Shown: positions 49,556-61,914 of the stretch, piece after piece | How the letters are laid out: every line of letters begins with the position of its first letter | Numbering within the stretch: the first letter of the stretch is position 1 | Origin: Phallusia mammillata | Taxonomy: Eukaryota | DNA length: 64,000 bases | Direction: 5' to 3' | NCBI GenBank assembly: GCA_965637545.1 | Contig: OZ281494.1 | Span: 15,934,001 to 15,998,000, forward strand | Translations under genes and position numbers: made by a program | The notes under the pieces: model-generated | What the model was told of the DNA's origin: nothing | What the model saw: only the letters and a program-made list of their open reading frames with translations | The model's database searches: none

Positions 49556-52350
49556 GAAATTAGCACACAATAAAGATCTATAGGCGAATTAGTTAACTCA
49601 GCCTTGATTAACACAGGCAGAATGATTTAATCTACTTTAACGTAAGAGTATATATGTTATTATTGTGACGTCAGTTTTGAGTTAAGATAGATTCGGTCTA
49701 AAAATGCCAGCTAGAAACTTAGGCACGGGTGCCATACTGTCCTTATTTCGAAGGGCAACGTTTTAGAAAAATGTATTGTCCTTATTTCTAGGAAATGTAA
49801 AGTAAGTCTAGACCTGAGCTGTCATGAGATGAATATTTCCTACGAACAAGGAGTTGGTAGAACAGATTGTTTTTGGCAAAAATGGTATGTATAATATGTC
49901 ATGACTCGTATAAGCTAAATGCAAAGATTTGTTCTAAAACGTTTGTTTCGTTTCGTATAAAAGTTTCTTTTGTTGTCCTTATTTTGGGATTAATGGTGAT
50001 GGTATAACTCTGTGGTTAGGCCTGACGTCGTGTGACCACATTCATCAGGTAGCCTACATATCAATAACAGTATATCCCGCATATAATTAATAAAATTAAA
50101 ATTAGTTTTATTTTGTTCTGGTGATAGTTTAGGTCAGAGACTGCAGTATTGCCCGCTTGGGCATAATGCAAATTAGGGTCGTAGTAAGAACCACACTTTC
50201 TTAGTGTGCTTCTATTACACTATTCACTAAAATGGTGCTATGAAATATGGATACTCGCTAATGACAAGAATACGGCCTCCTATTCTGTGATCTATCTATG
50301 GGCAAGTGTTTCATTAACGTTGTTGCCCAGCATAAACGTTGCAAGGTCCCAGTAACGAATACTAAAATAATAACAGCGTTTTTTCAGTGATTTTTTGTCT
50401 CTTACTAAAACCTGACAAATAAACCTTTGCCAGCAGGCAACAATGTCGAATGCTAATGATTCGACTTACGGTTTTAGAATGTATACCTTGGGGGCAAAGT
50501 ATAGGTTTAATTTGGAATAGTGACAGTGCCACATGCCCCCTACTGTAATTGGTTGTGCTCCTAACACAGAAATGTGGCGGTCTGTCAGCTGTTAGCAGAC
50601 TATCAGTCAGAAGCTCATTGCAAGACAATGCACAGTGTAAACAAAGAAATGATTGTAGATGCAATAAAAAAAGTAGTTTTGAGACAAAAATTTGCTGCTG
50701 TGTAGCCTTGGCATATGGAATGAAAACATATGAGCAACGATTTGTCATATATTAGCCGATCGTTGGCAAATTTTCGCATGGACATAGACAGGAAACAATC
50801 AGTGACACAGATAACAATGATCAGTTTGAACCTTGAACCAAAGTCCTTTTGTCGCCCAGTGGACAGTGACAAACTGCAAAGCCACACAACAGACCTTATC
50901 TTTTACAGGCGCGACAAGTCGAACTATATCAAACCTTAAACAGCTCGAACTAAAGTCCACGGAAGTAAACGAGCCGCAACGGGTCAAGCAGACATAAGTG
51001 ACCAGCGGGTAGTGACGAGTTGTAAAGCCGTAAAACATTTGTTATCTGACCGCAGGCACAAGAAAAGGGAAAAAAGGGCGAGCGAAACGGTTGGATAAAG
51101 GCATTTATGGGCGGAGTTGTCAACAACTCTTACCGTGCGTCAGATTTGAGCTGTTGAACCAGTTGTTTCTTTGCCTTTGTAGGTTTGGTGTTAATAAAGG
51201 TACTGTTTTAGGCTTAAAGAATCGAAAGTCAAAGTGCTAGGGTACTTTGTTAAGGAAGATACAAAAAAGACTACTTCTTGCCACCGAGGTGTTTTAAAAC
51301 CGCATTTGGAACACTTATCTGGATGATGTGTAATATATGTAACTACAAGCATCAACATTGCAATGATTGTTTGCTTAATACATAGATCGAAATTTTACGG
51401 ACTGTTATGCGATTAACAAACATTACCTTCGTCCTCTGTCTAAAAACAAAGGCTCTGCTTTCGAAAACTTTCAGGTTTGTTTGCTGTGCTACTATTGGCC
51501 GTATTTTAAACCCGAAAAGAACGTTGGGCTGAGTTCTATTCAAAAGTGCCGTAACCTTTGTCGTATATCTGTTCGTTTATAACTGTCGGCGATGATGCAA
51601 ATCTCTGTAACAAGGTTGTGGTAAGCTGTATATTGAGTAACAGAGCAATGTGCTAAATCAGGAGAAGAGCAGCTAAAGTTTTTCCATGAGCACTTTAAAA
51701 GTTCAGGCAATGTAGAGCAAGCAGAATTTTTTCAAAGCGTTCGTACCGCAAAATGGCAGTTTTGTTGATGATGAAGTACAAAGCACTATTGCGACCAAAC
51801 TGCCACTTTCTAAGTTGGCTTGATTGACCATAGACAAATGTTCAAAGAAGTTTTGGTTTTGTGTTCTGCCACTATTGTTCCATTGTCCATCAATACCGCA
51901 CAAGAATAGGTCAGCTTTGACAGACTGGAAATTAAACAATACCGAATAAAAACGCCACTCCCGATCAGTATCCGCTGATTATAAGCCTCGACACCATTTT
52001 ACCTGGGTCGTATTTCAACGAACTACTCAGGAATTTCACACGTTATGGCAGAAAGCACAACATGATCGCTTCGTCAAAGTGATGCGAGCTTTAAATTAGT
52101 TCTAGTAAACGTGTCACCATTCCAATATACATGCAAGCTGTTGTCTTTAAATATTAGAGGTAGGCTGACCGAAGCACATATCAGTTTCATTTTATGTATT
52201 TCCTAAGTTGGGTAGGTTTTTTGTTCTCTGATAAAAAAAAAACGGATTGGTATGCACACATTATTAATGATGGATTATTTACAGTGGGTATCAACTTGGG
52301 TTATTTCTTTTTTGCAGTATATGACATTGTAGGAGATAGATCGAATCTTT

Positions 52351-53583
52351 ATGATGGACGGCAGTCTGAATGATCTGTTTAGTAACTATTTTATTCTAAT
52401 CAAGCCGAGCAAGTATGCGGAAAAGCAAGTGTTTCAGACATTTGAGTGCTCAGCAGAATGGTTCATGCAGGCGCTTGGTCTTTTAGTTCAGAAGCCAGAG
52501 CCCTGTAAGACATGTTCCAAACTAAAGATCGTCGCTGCAACTCAAACCGAAATGATCAAACAATCTGATGTGGACACTCAGACTTTAATAAGGAAACATA
52601 AATCTAAATTCACAAGTACGGATGAAATCAAAATTGTTCCAAAGGTTGAAAAAGCTACCATGACCCCCAAAGAACCCAAGAAAGAATGCCGGTCGACTAT
52701 GACTAAACCGATGCCAAATGTCAGTGCGGTGAAGCCGAATGTAGCCAATGTAAAGCCGGTCCGAAAACCCACGACAAAGCCAACAGTTCCCAGAACATCG
52801 TCAATATCTGTTCAAACTGATACATGTGATTTGGTTAAACCGTTGAAAAACGAAAAACTGTCGGCAATGTCTACAACAGACAATAATTCACGATCTTCCG
52901 CAAATGCATTGTCTCGCCCCAACATAAACTCTTGTAATGAAAACGAATGTGGTGCGGTTTTCCTCCAATCCGAATTAGATAAGCTTCCCAAAAATGTCTC
53001 TAAGCTATTTATCGACTGCTACCTCTGTTGTCGAATGTCAAAACTTAAATTTACTACACCGTTGCGCTACGTATGGGGCTACCTCAAGCTCCTGCAACAT
53101 TTCATCAACACCGCGAACGGTGTCGCAAGTGGCACCAGACAGCTTTTGTTGAGGTGGGCCTGGCATGTCCAGTGTTTGATCGAAGACTTGGAATATCGCC
53201 CTGCTCCGCATGCAATCATGTTTGACCAATGTGTTCGGGAATGGGCTAATAAACTTGGCGGTTGGTCATTTATGGAGGCACGGGCAAATGCGAAGTTTGA
53301 CTTTACGAAGGTGCGAAGGCAACAAGAAGAATTTGCACCAGAGATTCACAACAATGAAGAACCAACTAAAGACCCACACTGCTTAAAACCGCAGCCGGTC
53401 CCTGGCTCTGAAACCAATCAAAATTTTTGTGACCAGTATGATCGTGATAAACTGCAAAAGTCATTATCTGAACCTGTGGGCCAAATAGCGTCACTGGTGC
53501 CAGTCATTCGTAGTATAAAAAGAGATAATATGTTTGACAACGAGAGAGACACAAATAACAAACGCTGGAAAACTTCAAGATGA
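52351..53583 (+). CDS. Uncharacterised 410-aa single-exon protein; putative divergent Bcl-2-like domain with multiple TQT (LC8-binding) motifs
   Basis: 1233-bp uninterrupted ORF in AT-rich DNA with splice acceptors just upstream (52317, 52332). Coding status is well supported by ORF length. The Bcl-2 assignment rests only on motif resemblance (FLQSELDKL, YVWGYLKLL, EWANKLGGW). Confidence 0.7.
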   Translation: MMDGSLNDLFSNYFILIKPSKYAEKQVFQTFECSAEWFMQALGLLVQKPEPCKTCSKLKIVAATQTEMIKQSDVDTQTLIRKHKSKFTSTDEIKIVPKVEKATMTPKEPKKECRSTMTKPMPNVSAVKPNVANVKPVRKPTTKPTVPRTSSISVQTDTCDLVKPLKNEKLSAMSTTDNNSRSSANALSRPNINSCNENECGAVFLQSELDKLPKNVSKLFIDCYLCCRMSKLKFTTPLRYVWGYLKLLQHFINTANGVASGTRQLLLRWAWHVQCLIEDLEYRPAPHAIMFDQCVREWANKLGGWSFMEARANAKFDFTKVRRQQEEFAPEIHNNEEPTKDPHCLKPQPVPGSETNQNFCDQYDRDKLQKSLSEPVGQIASLVPVIRSIKRDNMFDNERDTNNKRWKTSR

Positions 53584-55017
53584 CAAAACGATGTAAGACT
53601 AAGTGATCAATTGATCATATATGTTTGTCTTTTTGTTTAAGTTCGTATACTGTTTGACATAATACTCGTACATTTATTTGCAAAGATGGTTATTGCATTC
53701 CTGTGTATTTAATATTAAAGATTAGCAGATTATTAACATACATTGGTGAGTGACAGCTATTGGTACGTGTACGTTTTTTCCCTTTATATTCGAGATGTGA
53801 TGTTCAGTTTAAAAGTCCAGAGCAGTCACCGGTTCTAACTAAAAATACAAAGTTCTGCGAAGTCCTCAAGATGGAAATGTGCTTCTATCCGCTGAAAGCA
53901 CACTCGAAGCTGAAGATTACCTGGTTCCCTCGCGTTCATATGAGAACGAACTGTTTGTCTATTATCGGGATAACTTAAACAAATTAATTCTGTTCATATC
54001 TCTGGTTATACATTGCACCTCTCGAGGCATGACCACAACCTATTTTCAGCCACGTTAGCATAAAGTTTAGTTTGAAATGTGTGGAGCTAAACAGGATCAA
54101 ATAAAACTCAAACAATTCGGTCTTTGGAGATTTATTGTGCATGCTAATTCTATTAAATTTCTAATTCTATTACCGTCAATTGAAAGCATGCTAATTAAAC
54201 AGTTATTGGCAATTACCCTTATCCAAGAGTTTAAATCGAACTTCTGCATGTACAAGCCGATGTTAAGTGTAAATGTTTCTATGAAGTAAACTATAATGTC
54301 ACCGCCAATTTTCTCTTGTTGCGAAATTTCCAATGCTTGATTGTCAACCGCGTGTTTAATTGCGTGTAGCTGTGTGGAACAGTTTCGTGTCCTTAGCCCG
54401 AGGTCACAGTACAACGGTAAGTAAGGGGTGGTATGTCTAGCAGAGAACAGCGGTATCCTATATGTTGTCTCAACTTACGATCACCAATTCTTGTGACCTT
54501 ACAAACATTGCTGGGTGAGATGGTTCTTGCTTTTTCCTGTCGGCCTCAGTATTTCGTTTGTTTAATGCGGTCATGGTCCGGGTAGGATCCAAGGCAAACA
54601 ATTCCAACGTCGCTTAATACTAAATATTCTTACAGGAAACTGAGGTTATTTGACAATTGCTAAATTATAAGCTTCCACACATTTAAATTTTACCATGAAG
54701 TCAAAACGTCTTACCATGAAGTCAAAAAAGTCAAAATATATTGAAAAAAACACACTTCTAAGGGGGCTCACACTTGGGTTACACGTTTAAAATGCGGTGT
54801 TGCTTTTCCTTTTAACGTTAACGACACACACGCCCAATGTATTAATCATTACTTACGGTTATATTAACTTTGTTGCAGGTTTGCAGGTTTGCATTCTACA
54901 GACCACGAGAATATGTGTACACCAGCTTTACTTTATCGCGGTTGTGCAAGAGAATAAGGCCTTTTCAGTCTTTTTATAGTTGGTAGGCCTAAAGCATTTT
55001 CTCACTGAGAATTTTAA

Positions 55018-55689
55018 CCCTTGATTGCGGTTAGGACGAAAACTTTAGCAGACCCTGCAAACATAAAATGCGTTGTAGTTGCATTTTATGTGAACTTCAA
55101 AGTTACTGAGCATATACGGTTGAAATAATGTACCATTGTCGGTTGGTTGCAGTGGAATTGTAAAGGCTCTTGGCCTAGGACATGTTGTGGTTTATCGGAT
55201 AAGGCTATTTTCGTGTGAAGTGAATTTTAACAACATTTCCTGTAATGTGTTTTATATCAAGTGGGTTTTAAATGTCGGTGTATGGAACATGGTAGAAATA
55301 AAGGGACAGCCATAAATAAAGCAGGTTGGTGAACTTAACTTGTAGATTTAAGGATGCCTTTTACGATCTGAGCAATACCGACAATAGAAACGACAATAGA
55401 ATAGAACACATATAAAAGATCACTAATGCGAGTCTTGGCAGTTGGTACTCATACTTGCTACTTACTCTTACTCCACTAGACAAGGAGTGGTTCAAAGGAG
55501 CAAGCGGTCCGTAACAGGCAACCACAGTAACATTATAATCCCATGTGGTTCCGACAATGCCATAAATGCTAACCGTTAGAACAAGTTATGAATAGAAGAC
55601 CCAGGTGTATTAAACACATGAGTGGTTTCCAAGATAGACCGATGGACAGGAGGGCAAACGACATTAAAGTAGCTCATTTCTACCAAGGG
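55018..55689. mobile_element. Possible piggyBac-type non-autonomous element
   Basis: TTAA-CCCTTG at the left end and CAAGGG-TTAA at the right end; inverted match is short (6 bp then patchy). Confidence 0.35.
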
Positions 55690-55895
55690 TTAAAGTGAGT
55701 CGTTATTAGTAATAACTTATTACCAAGCATTATTCGTAAAATACACAAACACAACACTAAAAAATTATTAAATTCACGTCATTTCATCACAAGAAATTGC
55801 ATTCTGAAATGTTCCAATTGTTAGCAGACAAAAACTGTAAACATCTTGTGTATGATTGTGTTTTGTCTATTTGCAGCATCAAATGATTGTAGAGA

Positions 55896-58800
55896 ATGTT
55901 TCAAAATTGTACGCCCTACCGTTATCTACTTGTTCACTTGATCTGTTCACTGTGTGCATTTTCTACATTTATGCTCATGCCATTACAGAGCGAATATCTT
56001 TACAAGGTTAGTGGTTGAATTTTGGAAACTAAACGCAGTTTGAAAAGGAAAAGCATCTCGTGATAAAGCAATGGTTCAATGCGTTAAGTAAACATTTGTC
56101 TCAGTACCACAACTAGAGCAAATTCCAATCTGTGTTCTGATGTGGAAAAAGCGGCAGAAGGAATTGTCCTGCTGCCGATAGTCCCAACTGGGCAATTACT
56201 TGTGCCATCATTAAATTGTTAAAGTTGAACAGAACCCTTTACGGACAATCCCCTTGCCTAATCAATACTTCGTTTATTGACTGCGAACAATCATTTCCAG
56301 TCAATGATGTCATTGCATCTTTGTCCACACGAACGATTAATCATATGTGCATGTAGAATGAGTTGCCACTACTATGTAGTAATTTAGTTGTAATTCCTAA
56401 ATTATTAAAATGGATATAGCATAAACCTGAAGCCAGAGTGGTAAATTTTCCTCGAAGGAGCGGAAAAGATTTAAAACAATCCAGCGATTTTTAGATTTGG
56501 TTCTTAGCGAAATGCCAAATGGATTGTGCTTGGACAAAATTGCCCTCTATATTGTTGTGTTTACTTACCTTTATTTGTCATCGATGGCAAAGGCCAGCAA
56601 ACTGTTTGGCGCTGCGAACTGGTGTACAGGCAGACTTATTTGCGAAGCAACCCTCAGCGTAATAGCGGCTGTTCGGTGCAACAACCATCTAAATCAGCGT
56701 TGCTTACCCGAGGATCATGTCCCCCAAGAGAGCCACAAGGTGTTTTCCAGGGAGGCACAGACATATGAAATCACTAATGATAAGAAACGATTTGTCAGCG
56801 GTGTTGTGACCTAAAGCTTTTCAAACGATATTAAACCGTGAAAGGTTTACCTTCACCAGAATGTCCGATTTAACATTTTTTACGTGGTTCGAAGCCAGGA
56901 AGTTTCCGAGATACGAATCCTGATCAGTTTTTTGTGTCTGTGCATGGGTTAGGCGCCTTGGACCGTTCGGCCAAGTTCCTGCCCCCGACTCACATATTAC
57001 TGTTGACAGAAAGTTGCCGAGTCTCATAACATCACCCACCGAGTTACTACCGAGTGTGGAAATAGCACGTCGTCAGCGACCGATCAAGTCGTAACCAAAG
57101 AAGTTTCCAAGTCAGTGTAAACACTTCAATCCAAGTTCGAATTTTGACAAAGTTTTCTTTTGTGCTATATTACACATAAAACTACATCTCCTAAAAATAC
57201 GATATAGCAGATAGGAACATCTTTACCAGTCACCCACTATCTACCACAGATGGACATTGGAGTTCGACATGACCATGTATATTCCTGCCAGCATCGCTGG
57301 GATCCTTGTAACGTCATGGGGTGACAAAGTCGGTCGCAAGATTGCCATGACTATACCGTTATTGGGGATCTTGCTAAGCAATGGTATTATGGCGGCGTTT
57401 ATTTCTTTTGAGTAAGTTAAACGCTAACATCATAACGTTTGAGCGGAGTTCAAACAGTTTTGTTTTTAGTTGGCCATTGAAGACACTCTTTCTGTACAAT
57501 TTTGTGGCTGGATTGGGGGGATATTACTGGACCCTACTCATGCAAGGATTTGCATATATCAGTGACATAACACGAGGTGATAACAGAGGAATCAGGTGGG
57601 TAAACATTAATATCTACGTATAAGTAAACCTGACAGTCGAAATCAATTTTTTTTCAATATCTGCCTACACCCAATAGTGTGAAATTCGTCAATGTCTTTG
57701 TGCATAATAGGATGGCTATATTGGACACTTGTTTTGGAATAGGAGGTGGTGCAGCTGGGTTGAGCAGTGGATATTGGATCGACAGCCAAGGTTACTTTGC
57801 CCCAGTTCTGGCTTGTACTATCATTGTTGGCGCATCTCTTTTTCTCATTCCTCTACTGCCCGACTCTCACGAGTTAGGACGCCAACTTGCGGACCAAAAA
57901 GGAAGTGAGGCAAATGTGAATGCGGACAATACATTAACCACTTCGACGACGCCTTCCTGTTATGAAACCAGTGACCACGCTAATAAGACATTCCCAAGTA
58001 AGTAACCAGTTAGAGTTGGCCACATAAAATTGGAAAACAGAGTCGATGTGTTTTAAATCAATCGGTTTCTTTTAAACTAACGTCTTTTGTAGAGAGTCCC
58101 AAGAAGGACGGTTACAACCTTATAGATCTCATGCGCTCAGTATGGAACGTTTACAGTAGCGAATTCAGTCAATGTGACAAATGTCACGTCGATGATGATG
58201 CTTGCTACACTGTCACGAATACTTCGTCAGGTATATTCTTAAAATAGCATGGAAACAAAATATATTTTAACATTGCAAATTTACCAAGTTAGATGAAATG
58301 TGTCCACATGGTGGCGGCAAATATCCTGGTCGAGTTTGGAGAATGTGGTGTTACTTGATTTCTTACAATTTCGCGATGTTTACAAGTGTAGGATCGAGTA
58401 GTTTTCTCACAATCTTTCTTCTTTCACAACCTCTTTGCTTTAACCTGGTGTTCATTGGCATTCAGTCGGTAAGTACACAAGTCCACTAATGCACATCTCA
58501 TCGAAACTGTTTCGCATACAGATTTACCATTTATGAAACTTTTGCAGGGGGTACAGTTTGCGACTGTTGCTTTTACACCTTTACTCGTCATAATGTATCA
58601 ACGTCTTCTACTATTTTCAAACAACTTTATAATTATGTCAGGGTTTGTCGGTTGGTTCAGCTATGCACTACTTATGTCATTCGCAAATGAAACATATCTG
58701 GTATTCATAGGTGAGTTAAATTCATAGACGTGTTTAACATATAAAGGCTATGTACAGCACGGTAGCTGTTTAGAATTTCCTGTTGGTACTAGCGTTTACG

Positions 58801-59812
58801 TACTATAGTCAAGGAAAAAGTGCGTTTTTAGCCAAACCTACAAATTAACAAGCAAATTATTAATTGCATGCCGGATAAACACTTGCTGATCGCTTTTAGT
58901 CTACCATGTGGGGTACCTGTCGTTTATCGAAACTTTTGTTTTGGTGATATTTTCAAAAGTTTCCGACAATGCCAGCGTTGTGATACAATCTAGGTCAGTG
59001 GTTCTCGACACTAGTGGTCCAAGATGACTTTTTGGGTGGTCCACAGAATGAATTTGCCCCCTATTGAATTTGGTGATAAACTGAAGATGATTGTATATAT
59101 TGAAAAAGGGGAAAAATGTTAGTTGTTAATAACTTTATCTCATATCTCGAAAATCGGTTTAGAATAAATATGCTTCAAGCCAAACTGTTTGTCACATATA
59201 CTTACTTCAATCTTGCTTAAAAATGGAATGGTCCCCGATAATATTTTTACTGAGCCAGTGGTCCATAGCCTGAAACGAGCTGAGAACCACTGATCTAGGT
59301 GTTATAAATTGTAGATCCAACTGATTTTAATTGTTGCAGCAACCGCGATGTTGACATTCGGAAATTCACACCCATCATACATCAAGGCACAAATGTCTAA
59401 TCTAGTATCAGAGTACGAGCACGGTAAGCATCTCGTTTAAAATGTTAATTCGCAACGGTTTGCACCTTGGCAGGCTTTAATTCAACGCAATATTGCTGAC
59501 AAAACAATCAGTTGTACTTTTCAGGAGCCTCGTTTGCCTTACTGTCTGGTTCTTCAATTCTTACTTTTCTGGTCGCCACTGTTACTTTTTTAACAATTTA
59601 CTCTTCTACGATTTCTATCTATCACGGATTTGCATGGCTTTTCGCGGTCTTCGTGTTAATTGTTCCAATGGTGTTAATGGCGTAAGTAAACCGTTCACAC
59701 ACAACTTGCCAGTGGCAAACCTGATTGTTGTTTGTGCAGGATTGTGTGGATAGCAGATAAACGGATACGAAATAGGTCAACTGCTGGCGAGCGCAAGTCT
59801 CGTCTTTCCTGA
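55896..59812 (+). CDS. MFS transporter, SLC46 (PCFT/HCP1-like) family, intact copy
   Basis: Exons 55896-56006, 57010-57110, 57250-57411, 57470-57595, 57711-57997, 58093-58230, 58293-58468, 58548-58710, 59340-59423, 59525-59681, 59740-59812 join in frame. Motifs LMPLQSEYLY, SWGDKVGRK, FAYISDIT, RMAILD, SGYWID, LLSQPLCF, YIKAQMSNLVSEYEHGASF. Subfamily member not determined. Confidence 0.88.
58996..59292. mobile_element. hAT MITE, same family as 43387-43678
   Basis: TIRs CAGTGGTTCTC / GAGAACCACTG; TSD ATCTAGGT at 58988-58995 and 59293-59300; internal GATGACTTTTTGGGTGGTCCACAG is the reverse complement of sequence in MITE A. Confidence 0.9.
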
Positions 59813-60943
59813 TTGATCCTTATTGCATGGTTGCATATATTATTTACAGTAAACTTTGTATACCGAGGTAGTGATGATAAAGAAATACGTATTATTTACA
59901 ATACTATTCATCTAAATGGTTCAGATAAATAATGTTATTATAAAAGTTGTTGTGTTTACAGTTAGTGCAGTTGTTAGTTATGTCTTTATTGCATTTTGTC
60001 TCGTTACGTTTTTGACGTTAAACCGTAAATGGTTTGCAAAACGCTTCTGGTTTATATCTCATCTGTTGTAATTACAACTTGTTCCGGTCATTACAGCATT
60101 TTATTATTCAACGTTGTTTATTAAACTTTATTCTTTTTAACATTGTTCCGATTAAAACAAAGTAGTACATTGTTCAGCGTATCTTGTGACTTATCGGATA
60201 AATTGACATGAAGTAGCCGAGATTTAAGTTCACTTTACCTATCGAGCAACGATTTTGTTTTAATTAAGAATTATAACGTAGAACGGTTTTATTGTTTTAG
60301 CCAGCTAAGTGAAGAAACTAAAAAGCGAAAAAGTTTCTTACGTTTTGGTACAGTTGACCAAAAACCAAAAAAAGCATTGTCCAATCATTTCGCAAGCTTG
60401 TTTTGGATAAAGCGTTGTTTAATCATTAAAAGTGTTGAAATCGAATATAAGCTTGTAGGAAACAATTGTTTTTCTTTGTTCGATAAAAAATATTTTGCAG
60501 CAAATATTACCGGCAGTGACTATAGTTATAGGGACCTTGAGCAAAGCACTGTTTGTTAAATGTAAGCAAATCTGAAGTGCATTGCTCGTTAGAAGGCGAA
60601 ACAGCATAATAAAATACAAGTCGTTACTGTAATAGTGAAATATAACCTGCTATGACTGGCCTGGGGGCAGAACTGCTTGGCAGGCCTCCCTACACAAACA
60701 AAACATAAACTGTGCAAGCGTGGGTTTGTATTTGTAGTTTGCAGCAGACTGTCGTTTACAATGCATGTGGCATATTGACAACGCAGCATTATTAATGACA
60801 AAGTCCATTGTAAACGTTCAAAATGTGTGTTAGAAATAAGCTTTGCTTGTCAGCAATCATTATTCGTTCAGACCGTGCTGTATTTATTAAGTTTATCATG
60901 AGAGTATTTGTAACCATAACAGCAATCAGATATTGCTCTAAAC

Positions 60944-61361
60944 CAGCGGTTCCCAAACTGGGGTCCGCGGTCCTTTAGGGGTCCGTGAGGCAATTTTGGG
61001 GGGACCGCGAAGCGGTTGAAGTAATTCTATAATCTTATTTGGCGTCAGTTTGTGCCACTAAATAAGTATAAATCAAAGTAGAATTGAGAATCAACTGTCT
61101 CCATTGCTTAACAATAGCCTTTATTGAATGACAATTATCAAAAATGTAATTGTTCGCGCACATGTAGTGCATTTGTCCTGTTTGTGATGTCACAAGCTGT
61201 GTTTGGATGACTTTTATGCGCAATTTTGCATAACTGGCTAAAATCCTGCAATCAACTTTCGTTTTTATGAAATACATATTTAGGCTTAAGGACCGCGAGC
61301 CCTCAAAATAATGGCAAAGGGACCGTTTTGACAAAAATATGAAAAAGTTTGGAAACCGCTG
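60944..61361. mobile_element. hAT MITE, same family as 7885-8303
   Basis: TIRs CAGCGGTTCCCAAACT / AGTTTGGAAACCGCTG; TSD CTCTAAAC at 60936-60943 and 61362-61369; collinear with the 7885 copy over its length. Confidence 0.93.
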
Positions 61362-61914
61362 CTCTAAACGTTCGTGCTAAAATGGTGCAGACCCTAAAGC
61401 CCTGCTAGACTAACCATAAAAGTCAGTTAAACAGGTCACTGTGGAACGCTTGCTTTTATGCTCAAAGTTGATGTGAAAAACTTGTGTCCAACATATTCGC
61501 CACTGGAAAACAAATGCCAGTTTAGAGAATATTTCAAGGGCGACGTATTGCCAAGTAATGTTGTAAGTAAGGAAAACTTTTTATCAAAACTGTAATTTAT
61601 CTTTCGTAACTATTTGTCTTTATTCGGGAACTGGTAGTTGTTTCACAATTTTTTTAGTTGAGCACCAGGTCCTTGTAGGTTAGTAACTAATTTTAAAACG
61701 TGAATTGAACTGTCTTTTTTGGGTCTTTATTTACTTAAACACGATAACCCGATTTGTGCTAATATTTAGACAGTCTAACACTAAAATATGCAAAAATTGG
61801 TTAGTCATTTTGGAATTCCTGGGACAGAAAAGCATTTTTGACTCCATAAAGCAGCATCGAGCAAATGTTCATACAAGGGACAGCATATGTACTGAAAATA
61901 ACTAATTGAACTGG

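Noticed and set aside
50362-51938. Cluster of 60-130 aa ORFs upstream of the 410-aa gene (e.g. 50730-50939)
   Set aside because: No recognisable domains, no consistent splice phase into the main ORF; cannot be supported without expression data.
56881-56897. Pol III B-box match GGTTCGAAGCC
   Set aside because: No A-box or cloverleaf nearby; no tRNA or SINE supported.
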